Part shown: positions 45,725 through 51,680 of the stretch, piece by piece | Layout: every line of letters starts with the position of its first letter | Numbering within the stretch: position 1 is the first letter of the stretch | DNA from: a virus | Virus record (IMG/VR): IMGVR_UViG_3300023099_000002 | Location: 1 to 52,559 of that record | DNA length: 52,559 nt | Direction: 5' to 3' (one strand) | Notes under the pieces: generated by a model | The model's input: the letters and a program-made list of their open reading frames with translations, nothing else | Told to the model about the DNA's origin: nothing | Database searches by the model: none | Made by a program: the position numbers and the translations under genes

Positions 45725-45953
45725 CCATTTACTAATAGTACCATATAGGCCGGTTACCTTCGTTCCGCATATTCAAAATGAAGATGCTCCAACTACCAAT
45801 AACGATTCATGCTATGCTGTTCAATATAATGGGTCATATAGAGACACTACTTTTTTGGCAACCGGCAAACCATTTGTATTTTTAGCCTTATTGATAGCAT
45901 TAGTGTTTATTTCTATCTATGTTTATACAACAATAAAAGAATCCTATGCATAA
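45717..45953 (+). CDS. 78-aa protein with a C-terminal TM helix
   Basis: ATG 45717 overlaps the upstream stop. Overlaps the next ATG by 8 nt. Confidence 0.4.
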   Translation: MHSHLLIVPYRPVTFVPHIQNEDAPTTNNDSCYAVQYNGSYRDTTFLATGKPFVFLALLIALVFISIYVYTTIKESYA

Positions 45954-46545
45954 GGTAAGTGTAATAATACCATCAACATTAGATAGATATGGAATGAATA
46001 TGCGAATAGCCGATATTTATGACAATCAAGACTATAAAAACAAACAGATAATATTGTTTACAGGGGATGGTAGCATAGGCGCAAAGCGTAACGGCTTATG
46101 TAATCTGGCTACTGGTGATATCATCCTGCACATGGATTCAGACGATCTGTACCAGCCAGATTGGATAACCCGAAGTGTTGAAGCGCTCATATCATCAGAC
46201 GCAAACATTACCGGCCTATCATCATGCTATTTCCATGATACAACCCGTAATAACGTGCATGAATACATCGCACCACAGGGGCAACTGTACTTGGTTGGTG
46301 CAACATTATGCTACTGGCGTAGACAATGGGAGAAAAAGCCGTTTAAAGACATACAGATGGGGGAAGACACGGACTTTATTACCAATTCAGGCAGATTATA
46401 TGCCCATGATTACAAGTCGGGATTTATGGCTACAATACACGGGAATAACACATGCAGCCATTTGGCACTACCGGCAATGAAAAGGCTGCACCAATATGAT
46501 GCAGCCCAAATAATTAATTCGTTTTACGCTTCGCCTACAGTCTGA
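45946..46545 (+). CDS. family-2 glycosyltransferase (short GT-A)
   Basis: VSVIIPS, GSIGAKRN and HMDSDD motifs. Confidence 0.75.
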   Translation: MHKVSVIIPSTLDRYGMNMRIADIYDNQDYKNKQIILFTGDGSIGAKRNGLCNLATGDIILHMDSDDLYQPDWITRSVEALISSDANITGLSSCYFHDTTRNNVHEYIAPQGQLYLVGATLCYWRRQWEKKPFKDIQMGEDTDFITNSGRLYAHDYKSGFMATIHGNNTCSHLALPAMKRLHQYDAAQIINSFYASPTV

Positions 46546-46970
46546 ATAAATGGGTTCTCATCATTTATGCGCTGCCTGTTCTCCGCCATAGCGGTAGACT
46601 GTGCACCCATCATTTTTTGTAGTTCGTCTTTAAATGCTATGTATTCTGCCATATCATGCATACCCATTTCTTTTGCTGGCGCAATACCCATTATCTGTAG
46701 TGTCATTTCTATCTGAGAATATGTGTACTGTTCAGCCTCGGCAATAGCCTTGTATGTTTCATAAGGTATCCTTAGCATGAAGTCGCTGAAGATCATCATA
46801 GCCTTACGGGTTTTATTCACAATGTCCGTTACCATAGGCCCGTCATAGATTGTTTCATCGGCCCATTTCTGTATCAACTTCAATACTTCATTCTCATGAT
46901 CATTCTTCATCTGCTGCATTATCTGCGCTGATGTTACGATTGTCCTTGTCTTGGGTGGTTGTTTTTTCAT
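46524..46970 (-). CDS. hypothetical protein
   Basis: 148-aa ORF. Its 3' end overlaps the convergent GT2 gene by 22 nt. Confidence 0.6.
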   Translation of the reverse strand: MKKQPPKTRTIVTSAQIMQQMKNDHENEVLKLIQKWADETIYDGPMVTDIVNKTRKAMMIFSDFMLRIPYETYKAIAEAEQYTYSQIEMTLQIMGIAPAKEMGMHDMAEYIAFKDELQKMMGAQSTAMAENRQRINDENPFIQTVGEA

Positions 46971-46976
46971 TTTTGG

Positions 46977-47219
46977 TTAGTTTTTACGTACATATTGATA
47001 AACATTCTTAATGTATGTGTTGTAGTAGCTGCCGGATGATGCAGCGCGCTTTAATTCCTGCCACATGCGGGATGGTATCTGCCGATATTCATATTCGGTA
47101 TGGTTGCGCAGGAATACTTTTAGTGTGCCTTTCTCCCCCTTTTTATCAGGCTCGTATGTCACATGAGTGAACATACTACTGGTATTGGTATAGAACGTTT
47201 CAAGTTTTCCGGCCTGCAT
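46977..47219 (-). CDS. KTSC-domain protein
   Basis: L.V.F.N...YEY..IP...W.ELK.A.S.GSYYN..IK..Y.Y pattern. ATG lies 5 nt after a minus-strand TATATTTG. Confidence 0.65.
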   Translation of the reverse strand: MQAGKLETFYTNTSSMFTHVTYEPDKKGEKGTLKVFLRNHTEYEYRQIPSRMWQELKRAASSGSYYNTYIKNVYQYVRKN

Positions 47220-47223
47220 ACGG

Positions 47224-47231
47224 CAAATATA
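47224..47231 (-). promoter_or_regulatory. -7 box TATATTTG (minus strand), leaderless spacing
   Basis: Minus-strand ATG at 47219 lies 5 nt after the G. Confidence 0.55.
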
Positions 47232-47233
47232 GT

Positions 47234-47241
47234 TAATTTTG
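47234..47241 (+). promoter_or_regulatory. -7 box TAATTTTG, leaderless spacing (tape-measure-like gene)
   Basis: ATG 47247 lies 6 nt after the G. Back-to-back with the minus-strand box 2 nt away. Confidence 0.55.
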
Positions 47242-47246
47242 TTTTT

Positions 47247-50228
47247 ATGGCATCAGAGGTATACGAAATAATACAGAAACTATCGCTTGAAGTTACAGGT
47301 AATGACAGCCTTAAGGTTCAGATTGACGCACTAAAAAAGCAAAGCGAAGCAATTGACGAACTGTCAAAGAAACGTGACCTGTTAAATAAGAACATACCTA
47401 AAGACCCTATACCAGAACGAGCCGAACGGGCAAAAAAGGCTGTAGTAGAGTTGACGGCCAAAATAGATGCACAGACAGCGGCGTTAACTAAGCAGGTGCA
47501 ACAGCAGCAGATAGTACAAAGATCGGCACAGCAGGAGTTAGGGTTGATACAGAAGCTGACAGATAAAATAACAGATTTACAGCATGCCAGGGAGCGGCAA
47601 ACAGATGCGGCGGGCGTAAGGCAAACCACATCAGAAATAGGTAAGCTACGCAGGGAATTGGCAGATCTGACAACTGAAGCTAAAGCTGCGCAGTCTGGTG
47701 GGTTATTAAGTTCGCTATTCGGCATAGGCAGTGGGTCGGGTGCTGGGAAACAGGTGTTACAGGGCTTGCTTGGAGGGCTTGGTATAGGTGTTGGGTTTAG
47801 TATAATTCCGGCACTTACAAGCTCACTGATTGAATTTGCATCCGCCGAACTTGATACTATCGGTAATAGCAAAAAACTTATAGATGCTAACAGGGCATTG
47901 GAATCAAGCTTCGATTCACTTGGCGGTGAACTGCAAAAACTTTTAGAACTGCAAAAAACAATATCGGTATTAGGGCAGGATTTTGCAGGTAGGCAAGGTC
48001 TTGAAAAATTTCTTTATGATCAAAGTACAGATGGACTTAAAAGGCAAGCAGATGCAGTAAAGGCATTAGGGGTTGTTAACGGGGAAGTGTATAACGCTGA
48101 ACAAAATCAGCTTGAGGCGGCACAAAAATTAAGGCGTGATGAACTTGCGAATATAAATGAGAAACAGCAAGGGTTAGAGCGAATCCTGTCAATACTTGGA
48201 CCTATACAAAAAGCATCATTACAGGCCGGGGATTTATTTACTGACATATCTAATGTATTCTCTTCTGATGCGCCTAACGGAAGTAATAGGGCTGAACGAG
48301 ACGCCGTAATAGAAAGATTGAGAAAATCCGGATTGCCATTCGATATACAGCAGGAATTAGTAGCATCAGCAAAAACAGCGCAGGAAAGCGGAGCTAATAT
48401 ATATGATGCACTGCTAAATGTTGTAAAGAAATATGAAAATGAGGTAATTAAGACAAAGCAAACAGGACTTGATAAGCAGGCGGAAATAGACAATGCAAAT
48501 GTACAAAGACAAAGCAAGATAGCTGAAGAGTTATTTGAGCTTAATAAATCCTTACAGGAGCGAATTACCGCTAATATCCTGTCTGCTAAGCAGCAGCAAA
48601 CAGCAATACAATCTAAGTACGAGGATAATGTAACTGCACTGATCAATCTTAATGAGGCTGAGCGATTGGCAGCCCGTAAAAGGATAGAAAAGGAAAGGCA
48701 GGACGCAATATTAAAAGACGGCGAATTAGGAGTAGAGGCTAATAATAAATTCAATCAATTAAAGTTACAATCTGACAGAGAATACTATCGCAAACAAGGA
48801 GAAATATTAGACGCTGCGAATACCAGGCGCATACAAGCGGAGAAAACAGCCCGTGATATTATTGTACAATCACAGGTATCTACAACCGGAAGTATAGTAT
48901 CTACCAGCGCAGACGATGGAATACCTAATATAGTAGCCATTCAGGCCAACAGGAATGCTATTAAACGTCAACAGGATATAGCACTTGCTGAGCAGCGAAA
49001 TGCCGCTGTAGATGCAGCAAGGAAAGAAGGTGTCGATGTACAAAATATAGAATTGCAATTTGATCAGGCGAGAGCAGCATTAAGAGATAGGCAGCGCAGG
49101 GATGATATAAATGCAGAGCTAAAATATTACAGCGACCTTGCGAGCATAGCAAGAGAGAGGAGCGAGCAGATATTAGCTGATTTCCTTGCTCAGGGGACAC
49201 GTAGGGATAAAGCAGCGCAAGATTTCCTTAATGGGGATATTAGCGGTAGTAGGTTCCGAAATAATGCACGGCGTAATTTCTTAGATGCGCTGGATATCAA
49301 TAATGTACAGTCAGGAGCTATTGACGGGCAGATACAACAAGCGCAGGATGCATTGAGTAGCATATCCGGTAAGCCAGGAGCATCACAGGCGGATATAGAT
49401 AGAGCAAAGAAATCACTGGATGATCTGATTATTAAGAAAAACCAGCTTACCAATACTAAAGCAGAGTTGATAAGCAGCGAGAATATCCGGCAGCTAAATC
49501 AGGCATTGGATCTATATAACCAGCTGGCACAGTCTGCTGTACAGGCATATAATACCATTGCTGACGCTCGAAATAAAGACTTAGACAGGGAAATATCAGT
49601 AAGGGAACAAAGGGTAAGCGTGGCACTTAAACTGGCAGAGCGAGGCAATACTGAGGTTTTGGGGCTGGAACAAAAAAGGCTTAAAGAGTTGCAGGCAGAA
49701 AGGCGGAAAGATGCACTACAGCAACAGGCTATTAATAGCGCATTAGCAATAAGTTATGCCGCCGTGGCGTTCGCAAAGGCATTGGCAAACCCAGTAAGTG
49801 CCCTCGCCACCATAGCAGCAGGGGTTGCATTAGGTGCCACTATTTTTGGTGCCGTAAAGAGCTTTGAAGCCAGTAGTAAAACAGGGTTTTTTGATGGGGG
49901 TTATACGGGCGATAAAGGAACAAAAGAAGTAGCGGGTGTAGTACACGGCAGGGAGTTCGTAAGTACGGCTGAAACAACTGCCAAATACAGGCCAATACTT
50001 GAAGCTATGCACGATGGTACATTCCCAACAATGATGCCGGTATCTTATGCGAGGCCGGGCAACTATGCTACAAAGCAAGAGTTCGCCTCGCTCGAAAGTG
50101 CAATATATTCTGTAGCGGATGAGGTCAGGAATAAAGAAACTAAAAACATACAGGTTATGGATCAAAAAGGGTTATATCAGGCATCAGTGCAATATTCACA
50201 AAGGGAAAGAAATAAATATAGAAATTAA
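47247..50228 (+). CDS. tape-measure-like protein
   Basis: 993 aa, coiled-coil-rich, with a Gly-rich hydrophobic segment (GLLGGLGIGVGFSIIPAL) and C-terminal GGYTGDKG....AGVVHGREFV. Start trimmed to ATG 47247, 6 nt after TAATTTTG. Confidence 0.7.
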   Translation: MASEVYEIIQKLSLEVTGNDSLKVQIDALKKQSEAIDELSKKRDLLNKNIPKDPIPERAERAKKAVVELTAKIDAQTAALTKQVQQQQIVQRSAQQELGLIQKLTDKITDLQHARERQTDAAGVRQTTSEIGKLRRELADLTTEAKAAQSGGLLSSLFGIGSGSGAGKQVLQGLLGGLGIGVGFSIIPALTSSLIEFASAELDTIGNSKKLIDANRALESSFDSLGGELQKLLELQKTISVLGQDFAGRQGLEKFLYDQSTDGLKRQADAVKALGVVNGEVYNAEQNQLEAAQKLRRDELANINEKQQGLERILSILGPIQKASLQAGDLFTDISNVFSSDAPNGSNRAERDAVIERLRKSGLPFDIQQELVASAKTAQESGANIYDALLNVVKKYENEVIKTKQTGLDKQAEIDNANVQRQSKIAEELFELNKSLQERITANILSAKQQQTAIQSKYEDNVTALINLNEAERLAARKRIEKERQDAILKDGELGVEANNKFNQLKLQSDREYYRKQGEILDAANTRRIQAEKTARDIIVQSQVSTTGSIVSTSADDGIPNIVAIQANRNAIKRQQDIALAEQRNAAVDAARKEGVDVQNIELQFDQARAALRDRQRRDDINAELKYYSDLASIARERSEQILADFLAQGTRRDKAAQDFLNGDISGSRFRNNARRNFLDALDINNVQSGAIDGQIQQAQDALSSISGKPGASQADIDRAKKSLDDLIIKKNQLTNTKAELISSENIRQLNQALDLYNQLAQSAVQAYNTIADARNKDLDREISVREQRVSVALKLAERGNTEVLGLEQKRLKELQAERRKDALQQQAINSALAISYAAVAFAKALANPVSALATIAAGVALGATIFGAVKSFEASSKTGFFDGGYTGDKGTKEVAGVVHGREFVSTAETTAKYRPILEAMHDGTFPTMMPVSYARPGNYATKQEFASLESAIYSVADEVRNKETKNIQVMDQKGLYQASVQYSQRERNKYRN

Positions 50229-50232
50229 TCAG

Positions 50233-50240
50233 TAGTTTTG
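50233..50240 (+). promoter_or_regulatory. -7 box TAGTTTTG
   Basis: Lies 5 nt after the tape-measure stop and upstream of ATG 50278. Confidence 0.35.
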
Positions 50241-50277
50241 GCAACTATATACGACTTGATAAGTTAAAACAGGCAAT

Positions 50278-50436
50278 ATGAAAATAGGCGATGTAGTTTC
50301 AACGAAAGAACACGGCCCCTTAATGACCATACATGGTATTTTAGGAGACATGGCAATATGTAGACGCTTCGATGATAAAGACGAACTTATCACCGAAGAG
50401 CATGACATTAATATCCTTGCGGTTGTTATATATTAG
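50278..50436 (+). CDS. DUF2158-like small protein
   Basis: Absent from the track. MKIGDVVSTKEHGPLMTIHG... matches the YodC/DUF2158 pattern as I recall it. Confidence 0.5.
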   Translation: MKIGDVVSTKEHGPLMTIHGILGDMAICRRFDDKDELITEEHDINILAVVIY

Positions 50437-50603
50437 TATAATTTAAAGTGTGTATAGGCATTTATATAAATGTAAATAATAAAAATAATTTCAAATCATG
50501 GATTAAGATAAAATATTTTGGGATTATCTAATAAACTGTTGCCCAACAGAGCCAGTAGAAAGCTTGGCTTGGAGACAATCGCTAACAAGTAAATAAGAGT
50601 ATC

Positions 50604-50858
50604 ATGGAATACATGGAGGAAGGTAAAATTGAGGATATAAAAATTGATTTTTCAGATCAGATTAACCGGCTTAAATGTAGGCAAACAGGGCTTTTGTCCG
50701 CTGACAGTATAGACATAGAAGAAGTTATAGAATCGCTTAGAAAAAAGCTAATTGAACTTAAAGGTGATTATACAAACCTATACTATATGGGATTTATTAT
50801 GGCAACGGTACAAGTTGATCCAACAATAAATATTGCAAAACCAATAAATAAAACATAA
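50604..50858 (+). CDS. hypothetical protein
   Basis: 84-aa ORF in the AT-rich island. Confidence 0.5.
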   Translation: MEYMEEGKIEDIKIDFSDQINRLKCRQTGLLSADSIDIEEVIESLRKKLIELKGDYTNLYYMGFIMATVQVDPTINIAKPINKT

Positions 50859-50860
50859 AC

Positions 50861-51046
50861 ATGAAAAGTTATCAAGAATGTCTACTTGAATGCGTATCGC
50901 TTGCAATACAGAGCGGTTCAATGGGGGAAGAAACTATTCCAAAGGCTACATTAATTTGGAAATTCGTTTATGGATCTGAAAATGTCGAATCAATGACCGT
51001 GGAGCAACATAGGAAATGGCAGGAAGAAAACAAAGTTCATGGATAA
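50861..51046 (+). CDS. hypothetical protein
   Basis: 61-aa ORF, 2 nt after the previous stop. Confidence 0.5.
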   Translation: MKSYQECLLECVSLAIQSGSMGEETIPKATLIWKFVYGSENVESMTVEQHRKWQEENKVHG

Positions 51047-51131
51047 TATAGGTTGGTTTTTTCTGGGGTGGCAGCAGGGGCTTTATTACTTTTGTTCTTA
51101 TTTAACGTAGTTAATTCAATATTTCGTAATT

Positions 51132-51164
51132 AAAGAAGCTGCACCATAACGATGCGGCTTCTTT
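51132..51164. terminator. hairpin between convergent genes in the accessory island
   Basis: 11-bp stem AAAGAAGCTGC/GCGGCTTCTTT with one G-U pair. Confidence 0.4.
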
Positions 51165-51217
51165 ATAATATCTATACGGAGAATGGTATTTATTCATTCA
51201 TTTAAATTTATCCTGTA

Positions 51218-51643
51218 TTAAATTCCGATATACCAATAATCACCAGTGTGTACTATTGCGGAGTGAATACCAGTAAGCGCGATTACCTGCTTGCCGGTAT
51301 GCCCTGCGTAGTGGTATGGCGTAAGATAGCATTTAGATACACAGTTTAATGTATCAAAGGGAACATAGGATATGTAGGCGGATAATGTGCTTTTTGTGGT
51401 ATCCTCTATTGAAAATACGTATAAAGTATCTTCCAAATGAAATATGCCCGAAGTGTCACCATGCTTGAACGCAAAAAAGGTATCATTGCCGTTAATTCGC
51501 AGATTGTTAATTAGGGTATCACCATGCCAAAAACGTATAAATGAATAAGGGTTACCCGCAATCATTGGTATTGCAGAAGGTTGTTTTTTGCAGGATAGTA
51601 GCGATATTAATAGTATTGATAGTAACAGTGCAGTTTTTTTCAT
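51218..51643 (-). CDS. lipoprotein (opposite strand, inside the tail module)
   Basis: MKKTALLLSILLISLLSC: signal peptide plus lipobox Cys. ATG lies 5 nt after a minus-strand TACCTTTG. Confidence 0.7.
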   Translation of the reverse strand: MKKTALLLSILLISLLSCKKQPSAIPMIAGNPYSFIRFWHGDTLINNLRINGNDTFFAFKHGDTSGIFHLEDTLYVFSIEDTTKSTLSAYISYVPFDTLNCVSKCYLTPYHYAGHTGKQVIALTGIHSAIVHTGDYWYIGI

Positions 51644-51647
51644 AATT

Positions 51648-51655
51648 CAAAGGTA
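51648..51655 (-). promoter_or_regulatory. -7 box TACCTTTG (minus strand), leaderless spacing (lipoprotein)
   Basis: Minus-strand ATG at 51643 lies 5 nt after the G. Confidence 0.55.
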
Positions 51656-51667
51656 CAAATAAAAACA

Positions 51668-51675
51668 TATCTTTA
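51668..51675 (+). promoter_or_regulatory. -7-like box TATCTTTA, leaderless spacing (806-aa protein)
   Basis: ATG 51681 lies 6 nt after the box. Divergent partner of 51648-51655. Confidence 0.5.
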
Positions 51676-51680
51676 CACAA

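Noticed and set aside
42594-46545. Interpreting the GT/MTase cluster as a DNA hypermodification (base glycosylation) pathway, or as Gtr-type O-antigen seroconversion
   Set aside because: No dCMP/dUMP hydroxymethylase, thymidylate-synthase homologue or DNA-glycosylase-type enzyme is visible, and there is no GtrA/GtrB flippase pair or integrase. This alternative is kept only as a note in the main finding.
47163-47246. An upstream extension of the tape-measure ORF to ATG 47163
   Set aside because: It would overlap the minus-strand KTSC gene by 57 nt and run over both promoter boxes. ATG 47247 lies at the canonical leaderless distance from TAATTTTG.
47318-50165. Several long minus-strand ORFs (47318..47872, 48107..48754, 49190..49453, 49830..50165) inside the tape-measure-like gene
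   Set aside because: They are antisense to a 993-aa coiled-coil ORF rich in GAA/GCA/CAG codons, which suppresses stops on the opposite strand. The translations are low-complexity Ser/Cys/Leu.
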